Source: Tubulanus polymorphus
Taxonomy: Eukaryota > Animalia > Nemertea
DNA length: 64,000 nucleotides
NCBI RefSeq assembly: GCF_964204645.1
Contig: NC_134031.1
Span: 20,591,910-20,655,909 of the forward strand
Direction: 5' to 3'
Shown piece after piece: positions 38,632 through 50,613 of the stretch; the stretch's first letter is position 1; every line of letters starts with the position of its first letter. The notes beneath the pieces are model-generated. The model ran no database searches. It was not told where the DNA came from and saw nothing but the letters and a program-made list of their open reading frames with translations. Both the position numbers and the translations under genes were made by a program.

Positions 38632-38895
38632 TTAACCCTTTCAGTGCTGACTATTTAATACCCTATAGTGCTGGATATAATTTGAAAATTCTAAGAAATT
38701 CCACCCTAATGTGTTGAACAACGGGAAAACCACTATAATGCGTCTACACTGCGGTGCGGTGTATCGTTAGTTACTAGTATTTCACTATGTTTGACAGGTG
38801 CTGCCATCTTTCAAGAGAGAAAATTACTAATTACATCAATACACCGCAGTGCGGTGTACTAGCAAAATCTATCACTGATTTATACACCGCACTGC
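38632..38895. mobile_element. Truncated piggyBac-like non-autonomous insertion
   Basis: Absent from copy A; begins TTAACCCT; internal inverted motif ctgcggtg/caccgcag. Related fragment at about 28711-28795. Confidence 0.6.
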
Positions 38896-38919
38896 CAAAA
38901 GACAAAAAAGGTTTATTTT

Positions 38920-39924
38920 TCATGGGAAGGTTAACTTTGGACATTGACAAAATGAATTTCGGACAATTTTTCGAAACTTAACACTTGACAGACAATACAG
39001 AAAGAAATTAACAAATGAATCGACTTGCGAAAAAAAGGATTTTAAAGAGTTCATATACACCTGCCGGACGCCCATCAAAGCTAGAATTCGGTCAACGAGC
39101 ATTGGACTTTCGCAAACAAGATAAACGATAACTGAGGACAAGGCTAACATTGTAGCTTGTATGTCACCGGTACCGGCTGAAGACGACTTGGAAATCTCTT
39201 TACGTCGTGTTGTTGCTCTGATAACGATTCTGATCAATGCAATATTTGTAATTGTCAGAATTACTAGCGGTATCGCTACGATGGGTATGATATTTGTTAA
39301 ACGACCAGCCATTCGTCCATCCGGATGAACAGTCTGGCCAAACATGATGCGATTGAACAACGGACAATCATTGTATACAGATTTTATCATAACGAAATGC
39401 CAATGATAGACGTGTGTCATAAAACAGAAACAAAACAGTCCCACAACAGCGAACGTACATCTTTTTTGAGTAATGGTTGCTCTTGATTTCAGCGGGAATG
39501 ACATTTGCAACCAGCGCTCAATACTGATCATAGCTATCAGCCAGTTTCGATACATTTTAACCGTCAAGTGCGCTACAGATACATAGTATTTAGGGTAAGG
39601 ACCGAGAAGACTTCTGTCCAGATAGTGATAATTTATGAAGCCGAATTTCCAAAGCTCTATTAAATCTGGAAGGTTGTAGTAACAAAAACTGAGAACGAGA
39701 TAAAGAGAATCGACGACAGCTAGAACACTGAGTAAGTAGTATGTAGTGACCACACTCGAGTACATGCGTCTCAAAACAATGAAACTCAAACAGTTACAAA
39801 TCAAACCACTCGCACAGACAACTGTACCACCGATAGCTTGAATATGTATTCGTTGTTCAGCATCATCCCAGAACCGTTGACTGAAACACTCGTGAGTTGT
39901 GTTGGATTGATTATTGTCAGACAT
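38920..39924 (-). CDS. Orphan rhodopsin-family GPCR, copy B
   Basis: 334 aa, about 39 substitutions versus copy A by hand count (about 88% identity), same motifs. Confidence 0.9.
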   Translation of the reverse strand: MSDNNQSNTTHECFSQRFWDDAEQRIHIQAIGGTVVCASGLICNCLSFIVLRRMYSSVVTTYYLLSVLAVVDSLYLVLSFCYYNLPDLIELWKFGFINYHYLDRSLLGPYPKYYVSVAHLTVKMYRNWLIAMISIERWLQMSFPLKSRATITQKRCTFAVVGLFCFCFMTHVYHWHFVMIKSVYNDCPLFNRIMFGQTVHPDGRMAGRLTNIIPIVAIPLVILTITNIALIRIVIRATTRRKEISKSSSAGTGDIQATMLALSSVIVYLVCESPMLVDRILALMGVRQVYMNSLKSFFSQVDSFVNFFLYCLSSVKFRKIVRNSFCQCPKLTFP

Positions 39925-40036
39925 TCTAAAACCGTCAATTTGGTCTCATTTATTTTCTGCATAGAGTTAATCAGATACGAAAATTCCACTTTCTATAGAC
40001 TCCATATTTCTTAATCAAATCTCGCGCAGGAAAATC

Positions 40037-40234
<198 letters not shown>

Positions 40235-41042
40235 AGAAATGAATAGAGACTCATCTTCCAATAAAAAAGTTTCGAACATAATGAGAAATTCGATTCGTGT
40301 AACACGTGTGTAAACCGACACAGCATTCTAGGAGGATATTTGAGAGTTTACGCTGGCAACACGGAAACTATGACTGGAACACTGATATAAATATCAGTAT
40401 TTAGATTAAAAACCCTCAGTTTATATAAAAGCGTTTGTTGTTTGACAGTTTTGAAGTTTCTTTAAACTCCACAAAACACGGGAAACTAGGGTTCATGTGA
40501 ATTTACACATTTTCATATACATTTATAAATATCTATATTTCTATGTCAGAATACCCGATAAACATATTGAAGCCGAACGGATTGAAATAGATATTTAATC
40601 CATAGATTAGTTTTTTGGTTTACTTTCTTGCTTAACGCTATCATTATTATCTGGGATATATTTAATAGATCTATAAGGGTTGTAATTCTCTTGTTATTCT
40701 GTTGATTGTTATTACAGTGGAACCTCGTTACAGCGAACTTCACGGGACCAGAAAATCTGTTCGTTATAAATGATAGTTAGTTATATCCAGTTTAAAACGA
40801 TAGAAATTTTTCAACGAAAAAAAACCTGTGTCCGACAATACGCCCTCATTTGCTCATCAATAACGTGGCGTCACCGGTGAGCAAAAGGGAAAAACAAATG
40901 AATTTGTAGTATCCATCCAAATATATTTGATTTCCAAATTGGTTTACACGATTTACATTCTATTTCAATTTTCTCAATTAATTCATACATATTCAACTAT
41001 AATCAACCGTGTATGTATCATAGATTCTCGTGGTGGAATGTC

Positions 41043-41931
41043 TCACGGGTCTTCACACACCGTATCGGCGGTAATAACATCCGGGTATAATGCGACTTTC
41101 ATGCACAACCTCCTGGTAACACCTTCTAGTGTCACCGTGCAAAACTTAGCTCCCAGATTTCTACATTGGGTACCTATGAAAAAGAAAACGACAGCAATAT
41201 TTCAGTAAATTGTCATTAATTCTATCTTCATTTGAACACAATTCAGGACGACTCGGTACTGCCGACCGACCGGATACTCGGTACTGGTGAACAGATTTTG
41301 TATGAATGAATTTTATTTTCATCAATGATATTCACAGTGAATGCTATATTTTGATATATCGATACAATGAAGTACTCCCATCACGTCAATGTGCACAAAT
41401 GATGAATGATAAGATGAATAAAAAAACAACAACAACAAAAAACCAAGAGAAAAAGAAAAGAAAGTGATCTACTATTTTTCACTATTTTCCACTATTATCG
41501 CAAATTCTCGTAGCAAATGTGAAATGAGATTACGACAAAAACATATAGGAGCCACAATGAATTGCGTTTTGAATCCCCCCCCCCCTACATATTATAATTG
41601 TATGCGTTTTCCAAAACGTTCTAAGTCCGATCTTGAAGTTCGCGTTTTGATTTTTCTCTCAGAAATTCTGTTCAGCTTTAGAAATGCATTCTTTTTAAAG
41701 GAAAATATATGGATACTCACTGCCACAGTCGAATTCATCATATCCATCACTGCAGTCAAGTTCTCCATTACAGCGCATCTCGTAGTCTCTACAAACTTTA
41801 TATGCCGGGTTTGTGTACGCCTTACAAGCATTATTGAATGCACATTTACTGACATCACCATCGGTGATGATGGTGACACTCCTGGCCGCCAGAATAACAC
41901 AAGACATCAGAATAAAGCCTTGATAATACAT
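41043..41931 (-). CDS. Small secreted cysteine-rich protein with one LDL-receptor class A module, 113 aa, two coding exons
   Basis: Exons 41931-41721 (ggca|gtgagt) and 41173-41043 (catag|gt) join in frame. Hydrophobic N-terminus, LDLa motif RCNGELDCSDGYDEFDC, and a 4-Cys C-terminal segment. Confidence 0.8.
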
Positions 41932-44219
41932 AGTGTGATCTGCTGTGATGTTAAAAAAGGAAAAATAAGTTTAGTATTCACATAGAAAGTGTGACGTAGA
42001 CAAATAAAAGTTTAATAGATGTAAGTGTTATCGAAACATGCTAAATCTGTGTAAAATATAATTCAAAGCGAATTGAAAAATTAGAATCTTAAAAAAATTT
42101 CAAGGTTTGGAAAAATCATGTTATAATCATTATGAAGAAAGTTCTCAATGTTCTATAAGCAAATATAAGAATTCCTCGTGATAATTGATAAAAAGTCTAG
42201 TCCAACTAATATTTGCCTGTTATTTTGAATACATGTTATTTCTGGTGAAATGATCGGATGATACTATTGTACAAGTGCTCTATAAGCAAAAAGTAAAATA
42301 TCTAACGATCACCGATAAAAAGCCTCATCAATTAAACAAAATTTCTTCAAATTTTACGAGTTAATTCTGACGACATATTCCATTTCTCTGATAGAGATGA
42401 ATACATCGTTCGAAAAAAATGACCGTTACCGTTTTCTATCTTTCCTGTGATATTCTCGGTGTTAGATGTTGATACGCTTTGTTCAAAGCCCAGCCAACAA
42501 TGGTAATGGCGATGCGTTTCTTCCAGCATATATTGGATAAATCAGAATTAATTAAATTGACACGAACGCTTTTAACGATACTGAAGTGTTCATCGATGCC
42601 TTCATTGTCAGCGATCGAGATCAAACCGACATGTTATTTCTCTATTTCGTGATTGGACGAAAGGACCTCACTCCATCACATCGAAATATTTTCATCGAAA
42701 GAAATCCAATAAATTTAACGCCGCAATTTTGAAGAATCGATCGGAAATGCGACGTTCAATGATTCGTGTGGTATGATCATATTGCCCCCTATATTGATTT
42801 GCTTTGCGAGCAGACGATCAATTTAAAATGTTGTACATAAGCAGAGTTTTTAATTCTTAGACGCACACGGACGGTTATAATTAGTATGATGATAATCAAT
42901 CTAATATATAGCGCTCTCTTTCGGACAATGTTTTACTCCCAGCCCATATTAAGTCTTACTTAAGTTCTAGTTAAAATGGTCCCCGATAGCAATACCACAT
43001 TTCAAACCATATATCTATAATCACGTGTTGTCGCCGACCAGTGTAAAAAATAAAATATTAGAATAATATCAAATTGGCGTTTACAAGAACTCTTCTATCA
43101 AGTTGAAATTCCTTCATTGAGAGGGATTTATTAAATTTGATATTAAATACTTTCATCCCATATGGCGCGAACTCGCTTAGTGTTTCAATATTTGAAATGT
43201 TCACGTGTAACTAATCACTTAATAGTTCGAATCCATCGAAGTAGAAACAGTTGGGAAAAAGGAAAATGAAAATTGATTTTCTCGCAAAGAACTTATCATC
43301 AGTTGAGGCGTTGTCGAAAAATGGTAATAAATGTAAGAATCTATATATATTTATTGTAAATAATAGGCTTTGTAAGAAATACGTATGATCAAAAATCCCA
43401 AGCTATTGGTTGCTGCTTGCTTATCGCTCGTGAGGCCAGTTAGCGAAGACACTGGTGGTCAAACACGATAAGTGCGTGACGGACGGAGCCCAGACCTGGA
43501 AGCTTCTTCTAGTCGTTTATTGTTGTCATAAGCCTTTTCTCGCGATGCCATTTTAAATAATGGTGTTTTTCACCAAGAATAGTTCGTATATGTCGTAGCA
43601 GATTTATTCATATTGACAGTTCATACATTTATATCATTCATCTCTCATTTCAAGCAGTCTTTCTATTCAATCAATAAATAAGTGTGCGGGGAACGCAGTA
43701 AACAGTTAATAAGACCGACACTATTTTTTGTTGTAGCAGCTGGACCATTGATATACTTTTAAGATAATCGAAAAATCGTGTTCTAGCTGGTGAAGAAATC
43801 TATTGACACGTAAGATTTTCCCTATTTTGAAATGCATTCCATGGCGAATAGATATGTGACAAAGAATGCAATGCAAAGTTTTATATTGAACTAGAGATTA
43901 AGGTGACTTTTTAAATTAATGTTGCTTCAAATATGTAAAGAATACCTGCCAAATTAAATACTTAGGCTCCGTATTAGGAATTATGAAGTTTTGTTACATA
44001 ACAGATACAGCGATGAAAGAAGACAAGCAGTTTAGGATCCAGTTCCACGAAAATTGTTAATTTATTCATTAATCCCGTGTATTTTTTACATTTAAGATGG
44101 AGCTTCTGTTTGTAAAATTAATTTCAAATAATGAAAATAAATAAATAAAAAAGATAATCATTCAGTTTACGAAATTTCTTCAACGTCAAATATCAGTTTA
44201 AATGAGAAAACTGTAATGT

Positions 44220-44735
44220 TTATAGGTAACGATACGTGCCCAGTTTGCGCGGGTACGATCTCCAATCATGCGTCTTCCTCCGTGATAAACACATTTCCTT
44301 GTCGGTCCTGTTGTTCGCTAACGGTGATTTCGAGGAAATTACGGGTAATTTAAAGGTCTTTTTAGGCACTACGTTCTTCGCGTCGTTTTGCGTTACAGTC
44401 TTTAGTTTGATCTGCGGTAATTTACAAGCGATCGAATTGTAAGTTTTTTGTTGATTGTTGCCTATATTGCGATGGTACGGTTGTTTTTGATATTTAACAC
44501 TGACCGCTATACTAGGATTGATTAACGCGCTATCCTCGCTACAGTCTGGTGTTATATTATCATTCACCTCGTTCGATAACCGCCTTTCGCGACCTAACAT
44601 CACCAGCCGCTCCTTAGTCGAGTCTATTGCGTCTAAAAACATCGGAAATTCTAAATTGTCACTTTCTAAGTTAATGTTTTGGCCACTAGACTGCCGTTCC
44701 GTCATTTGTTTCATTATTCCAACCGGCGGAAGCAT
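44220..44735 (-). CDS. Hypothetical 171-aa protein, basic C-terminal half, repeated LPxI/V motifs
   Basis: ATG-led ORF with coding-like composition in AT-rich surroundings and a downstream AATAAA at about 44060; no recognisable domain. Confidence 0.45.
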   Translation of the reverse strand: MLPPVGIMKQMTERQSSGQNINLESDNLEFPMFLDAIDSTKERLVMLGRERRLSNEVNDNITPDCSEDSALINPSIAVSVKYQKQPYHRNIGNNQQKTYNSIACKLPQIKLKTVTQNDAKNVVPKKTFKLPVISSKSPLANNRTDKEMCLSRRKTHDWRSYPRKLGTYRYL

Positions 44736-45704
44736 TATTCACACCCGACATAGCGCTTTTCATTTCAATTCAATAAATGATAATCTTCGCGCGTCGAATT
44801 CCGATCGATTTTACAAAGATTTTTCGAATTCCTAACTTACGATCCATGATTTAATTCCTGAAAACCTAGCGTACCTTCTGCGTCCCGGATCTGCATACGT
44901 AAATAGTTTACAATACAGTTCGTATACCTGGTTACCAATGATCTAACGATTGAAATTCAATAACACTCATGTAGCCGGTATGTCACGCTATCTCAATTTT
45001 CAGATCACAAAGATCATATTCATATAACACATTATATTGTTATTGCGTGGAGATTGTTTGCATATTGCTATGATACGACTGTGTTTACTTGTGAAAAATA
45101 TCGCACGATTTGTGAACGTTGATTGTATATTTGTGTCATTCTACGTCATCGGCGCAATCTACCCATCTCGTTCCATTCTCCTCACATATACCGATGTAAA
45201 AAAATAAAACTGAACTTTCTTTACCCTGCCTTTCTTAGGCCATCTTGCATTACTCCTCAAACTATCAATTCTAGCTTGTTTAGACACAACGCCTGTAATC
45301 AAAAATCACGAACTCCGGCAAAAATGCGAGGTGTGGGTGAATCTGATTGTGCTCCTTCGGTTATTTCATTACTATTATATTATCGCTATCGATAAGTTAG
45401 AAATAATTAGCTGAAAATGAATTTGAAATGACTCTCAGTTATTACTATTATTGTATGTAATTAGTGTGAATAGAATTAGTTTTGTCTGTAGAACCGAAAC
45501 TGAAAAACAGAAACGACCATAAGACTTCTTCGTCCAATTACACTACACAAAACCACAAACTGTAAATACTAAATTTTATTTATTTCGTTTCATTATTGAT
45601 CATCATTATTTATATTTATATAAAAAGTAAACACAGAGAAAATATTTCACAACGTATTTTTAGTATCATCATATTGTCTAAAAACATTATCGACGCATTG
45701 GCGT

Positions 45705-46100
45705 GGCTATACGCGGAGCCGCGGCTATACGCGGAGCCGCGGCTATACGCGGAGCCGCGGCTATACGCGGAGCCGCGGCTATACGCGGAGCCGCGGATAT
45801 ACGCGGAGCCGCGGCTATACGCGGAGCCGCGGATATACGCGGAGCCGCGGATATACGCGGAGCCGCGGCTATACGCGGAGCCGCGGCTATACGCGGAGCC
45901 GCGGATATACGCGGAGCCGCGGCTATACGCGGAGCCGCGGATATACGCGGAGCCGCGGATATACGCGGAGCCGCGGATATACGCGGAGCCGCGGCTATAC
46001 GCGGAGCCGCGGATATACGCGGAGCCGCGGATATACGCGGAGCCGCGGCTATACGCGGAGCCGCGGCTATACGCGGAGCCGCGGCTATACGCGGAGCCGT
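45705..46100. repeat. GC-rich 18-bp minisatellite gg(c/a)tatacgcggagccgc, 22 copies
   Basis: Seen directly; it explains the YAEPR, GSAY and AAPRI ORFs. Confidence 0.97.
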
Positions 46101-46825
46101 GGATCTTCGTCGTTTTTGGACCCACAACTACAGTATAACGCTCACAGAAGAAACTGAAAAAGAAATGTGTTGACATTAGACTGTTTGGCTTGCGATGTGT
46201 ATTCCAATATCGTTTTGCGTCTTATTTGATTAAAAGGTAGCTGTATTCAACAGAAGAGTCGCGTAGGATATGCTTTCGTTATAAACTTTGTTTTACACGG
46301 TTCATTCGCGGGCGCCAGTTGCTCAAGGGTTGCGCATGTACTCTAAAACAATATTTACTTATTTATGCGAAAAGTGCGCCCCTGCTGCTTGACATTTATT
46401 AGAAATAATGAAATATCAGAAATACGAAACACGCCCCAAAAACGCTATTTCTTTACATACAGAAATGTAATTATATGAACATGTGTTTGCATCGATATTC
46501 TCGATAACTATTGATTATTGTATTAAAACTAGATAAACTAGGTCGAAATGCCACAGCCGTCTTGACCAAAGTAATGAAAATGAAGATGCTGCATCTTATC
46601 ACACTACACTAAAAACCTAAACTTATATATACCGTACACAGGACGCAAAAACGAAAAGATTTCTTTCTTGCATGGCGTATTGCATCGGGTATCTTTTACT
46701 TGGTCCGAATCAGCCACCATACAATATTACCTGTCGTGCTATTCTATACGAAGTGAGTAATGCACAACTGAATTCATATCTACAGTTATCAAGAATATCG
46801 TTTGCATAACACAGGCATCCTCAAT

Positions 46826-47077
46826 CGGCCGGGATTCGAACCTAATAGTATCGCTATACACTCAGCCACGGCGCGAGGGGTGCGCAGGTTCGCCACACGT
46901 AGACTTGTGGCACCAATCAGATTGCCCGTTGTAATCGCTGAGGCAATTTTCACGGATAGTTTAACTGGAAGGATTTCTGATTGGCTAATAATGACATAAT
47001 CTTGCGCACTCGGGCTAGTGTGGCATGGTTTCGTATTGTGGCGAGTCTCGATGCCAATACGTTCGAATCCCTGCCGG
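46826..47077. mobile_element. Imperfect hairpin/MITE-like element
   Basis: Termini gggattcgaac / gttcgaatccc and an internal ccaatcaga / tctgattgg inverted pair. Confidence 0.5.
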
Positions 47078-47634
47078 AGCCGGGGATTTAACTACACGCG
47101 GTAACTACTGAAACAAAACGCTCATATAGCAAATGAGTATAAGTAGCCTGTAATGCGCGGACGTTTCATAAATGTTTAAATTACGACGAAATCAACACAC
47201 CGGGCCATGCCATGTTTAATGTACCGAGATATCACCACATAACTCCAGCATCACGTGAGCTCAAATTCAATTGAAAGAACTAAACATCTACATACAAATG
47301 AGTAATTATACCGATAGTACAGCAACAAATATCCGCATTTACATTTTAAGTCACACGTCTATAATATGCCTTAAAGTATGTTGACATCTGTGCACATATG
47401 TTATTTCTTGACACGAATTCCCATTCGAAAATGTCATGACGTCTGTGTCCAATGTTCATTTATGTCGGCAAACTTTAGGCAATTACCCAGTTTTATATTG
47501 CAGAAATTGTTAATTGAGAAAATTGTGGAGTTAAATTATATATTTCAATCACCACAAAACAACATTAAATGCACATTAATTCCGTTCAACGGTGTCAGAG
47601 ATCATTATGTATATTATAACAATACCTTATTATA

Positions 47635-47689
47635 CAATCGGTGGGCCACCTTTCAATCGGTGGGCCACTATTCAATCGGTGGGCCACCA
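47635..47689. repeat. Short tandem repeat caatcggtgggccac, 3 copies
   Basis: Seen directly in the sequence. Confidence 0.85.
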
Positions 47690-49372
47690 TTGACTAGATT
47701 TTACATAAACAGATTCTTGTCAACGTACAACTTCTCGACATATCAAATACGAACAACTTCCCCCGATCAAACTAACTAAACAGATAAACCAGGTACAGTG
47801 AATGATGCGCCTACCGTACGATACGTCTCCTACTTGACGCGAAAACACAACTAATGCTCATCAAATATTAGCAAATGCATCAACTAGAATTACATCAATT
47901 TCGGGAAGTTCGTATATCAAATATTGCAAATTGCGAAGTCATGATTTGAGGTTTGTAAATATATGATAACCCGATTGAATGTATCTACGGTGCTTACGCG
48001 CGACCGAACTTTCACATTTGAGACATTTCGATGGATGTCGTTGTTGGAGAGTGCTTTTCGTTGTTCATTGGTTTCTTGTTGACACGATACAAGACGACAT
48101 GAGCTCGGAGAAAATATCGTCGTAAACAAGCGTTTTAAGAAAACGTTTAAAAATAGTTCTTTATCTTTACCAACAAATTAATGCACTACACGACCTAGTT
48201 CTGTTAGAGTGGAAGTTGATTGTGTTTCTCATCGCTAACTGTCGCTTAAAAATAAATAATTTTCAATTATTCAACTCTGAAGACAAATATTACTCGTGGA
48301 ATGGGTTTCATTGTTGCTTTCATCGCTAAAAGAAACTCAAGAACTTAATTTAAAGCAAATAGCCAACCACACTTAATGCTCCCATTTCTGTAAGAGGGTC
48401 ATTGTGTTCGACATCGATTTTTCGTTTTTTTTTCTAAGGAGAAAAAATCGCGGACGAAATGAGGCTGACGAGACGAAATTAGTAATGTTTGAACAGAATT
48501 TGACGGTTAAAAAGCGGCACTAATCGAATTCCGTGACTATTTCCGCGCTGAATCGCGTAGTAAATGCAATATAGATTTTCGACACAGTCCCAACGGTATT
48601 ACAGAAAACCACGTTTTGATAATGGGGCACAAACACGCAAATTCACTGCGTCATTAATCTGCTGTTAGGGTACGCTGAGAAAGTGAGCGCCGCTAGATAT
48701 TCTATAGAGGTATTTCGGTGAGGTCGCGAACTCGTGTAATCATTCAATTCAAAATTTGGTGAAATTATTTGATCAAAAATGGAAAGAATATCGTCATAAA
48801 TCAGAATGAGGGAACGTTTGGGTTGAAAATACTCTAATAATGGCATGGTTGTCATAGTCATGAAATTCATAATAGATTTGTTGTATTGTATATAGACGTC
48901 AGATTATGACGTTCACACGACAAACAATACATTTCACAACGCTCATCATTCAGCTCCGAAACTTCTTTTATTATTGTTACGAAAATACAAGCTGTTATGC
49001 AACAACAAACTGAACCCGATGTGTCAGAAAAGGAACCATCTTATAACATATCTTTTTTCCGCCCTCTTATTCCACCGACTTTAGTAGAACTGCCATCTGG
49101 TACATTTTTGTAAAATCATGTTTCCCAATAGACCAGTAGTTGTACAACTGTGGTGAGTAATAAATGACTAACCTCTGGCCAAGTGGACTAATTCTATTGG
49201 TCAACTGATTTTCACGATTTCTAGTACTAGTCCACTTGGCCAGTAGTTATAAACAGCTTGTTGTTTATGCGTAACAATATATATATACTGCTCCGATTTC
49301 CAACAGAAATACCTAATCCTAGAATTGATAAGATTCTGCATTCATGTTGTCCATGTAATGATGAATACCTCT

Positions 49373-50416
49373 CTATACGAGCGTGCTTTCCATTCCTTCG
49401 AAGCTACTCAGTAATAACGTGCGCTCATCAGTGCCCGTGCGATTATTAATACCGACACATCCCTCCTCGTCGTCGTCTACCGATTCCGATTCGACGATAA
49501 ACGCCTGATTATCCCCGCCGCCTCCAGGGGGCGTTTTCACGCTGCTAACGATATCCGGTTTGCGATTATCGATATTCGATTCGTCCGCATTGCCGTCGCA
49601 CTGGTCGAAAGCGTTGTTCCAATGTGAACTGGAAATCGAATCGCACTCGTTCAGTCCTTTCGTCTCCAGGTCGCTATCCGTGTACTCTATACTACCCTCG
49701 GGAATGGTCGGCAACGACAGGACTAGGTTATCGAACTCGTTCAGATCGGCAATACTCGCCCGATTGTCGAGCAACATATCGTCGAAAAGATCGTCGCACA
49801 TTTCGTTCAGTTTTTCGCTAATACTTTCTTTATTGTACAGCGGGTACATTTCATCGCTGCTCGAATCGAGGTAATCGCCTTCGTTGTTCAAACTATCACT
49901 GCTACTCGAACTAGAAACCAAGTTAAATTGTCGACTATCGTGCGGCACTTGTAGCTTATCCATCGTCAAAAACTCGTCGACGGGGTGCTGCCGCGTTAGA
50001 CACGGCGCGTGAGGCAACACTTTCGGCGGTGTTGCCGCCCGGTAGGGTCTATAGTCGTCCCTGCAGCACCCCCCGACGTCACACGTATATTCCATTTGAT
50101 TACCGTAACAATAAGTATAATTATCCAATGATGATGATACACTCGTATCAGATTGCGTTAAACATAAAGCTGTATTATATATTTGTAAATCCCGTAAATT
50201 GGGCAGTTCACCACAGTCTGCCGAATATCCGTTGCCGTAGAAACTGGCCTCGGTATTGTTATTATAGCAATTTCGCCCGTCTTGCAATTTATCTAGTTCG
50301 AGACTGCAAGTAATACCGGGCGTGTTGCCTTCCCCGATTTCGCGAATATTTTCCAGAATGGCGCTGGATTTCAGTAATCCGTCCTCTTCGTATTCCATAT
50401 ATTCCAAGTCGTAACT
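49373..50416 (-). CDS. Large terminal coding exon of an unidentified gene: acidic, low-complexity, ending in a PDZ-type motif (STLV)
   Basis: Strong acceptor tttatctttcacag at 50417 and 347 open codons in phase 0; dileucine-type DERTLLL near the C-terminus. Confidence 0.7.
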   Translation of the reverse strand, partial: SYDLEYMEYEEDGLLKSSAILENIREIGEGNTPGITCSLELDKLQDGRNCYNNNTEASFYGNGYSADCGELPNLRDLQIYNTALCLTQSDTSVSSSLDNYTYCYGNQMEYTCDVGGCCRDDYRPYRAATPPKVLPHAPCLTRQHPVDEFLTMDKLQVPHDSRQFNLVSSSSSSDSLNNEGDYLDSSSDEMYPLYNKESISEKLNEMCDDLFDDMLLDNRASIADLNEFDNLVLSLPTIPEGSIEYTDSDLETKGLNECDSISSSHWNNAFDQCDGNADESNIDNRKPDIVSSVKTPPGGGGDNQAFIVESESVDDDEEGCVGINNRTGTDERTLLLSSFEGMESTLV

Positions 50417-50482
50417 CTGTGAAAGATAAAGAGCGTTTTATATTATCATAATCGACAACAGTATAAGACTCCACCCAACCCT

Positions 50483-50613
50483 GATAACCGATCAACTCGT
50501 CGGATAACCGTTCAACTCGTCGGATAACCGATCAACTCGTCGGATAACCGTTCAACTCGTCGGATAACCGATCAACTCGTCGGATAACCGTTCAACTCGT
50601 CGGATAACCGTTC
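50483..50613. repeat. 20-bp minisatellite gataaccg(a/t)tcaactcgtcg, about 6.5 copies, alternating a/t (40-bp higher-order unit)
   Basis: Seen directly in the sequence. Confidence 0.92.

Larger units (their letters stand above)
35230..39955. repeat. Tandem segmental duplication of the GPCR unit (35230-37154 and 37529-39955)
   Basis: Near-identical sequence from aattgtatctttacactttcgatt to ggtctcatt; copy 2 carries two extra insertions. Confidence 0.92.

Noticed and set aside
41464-41985. 173-aa + strand ORF
   Set aside because: Antisense shadow of the LDLa exon.
45596-46176. Four overlapping repetitive ORFs (YAEPR, GSAY, AAPRI, IRGAA)
   Set aside because: They are by-products of an 18-bp minisatellite; the flanking sequence is not coding-like.
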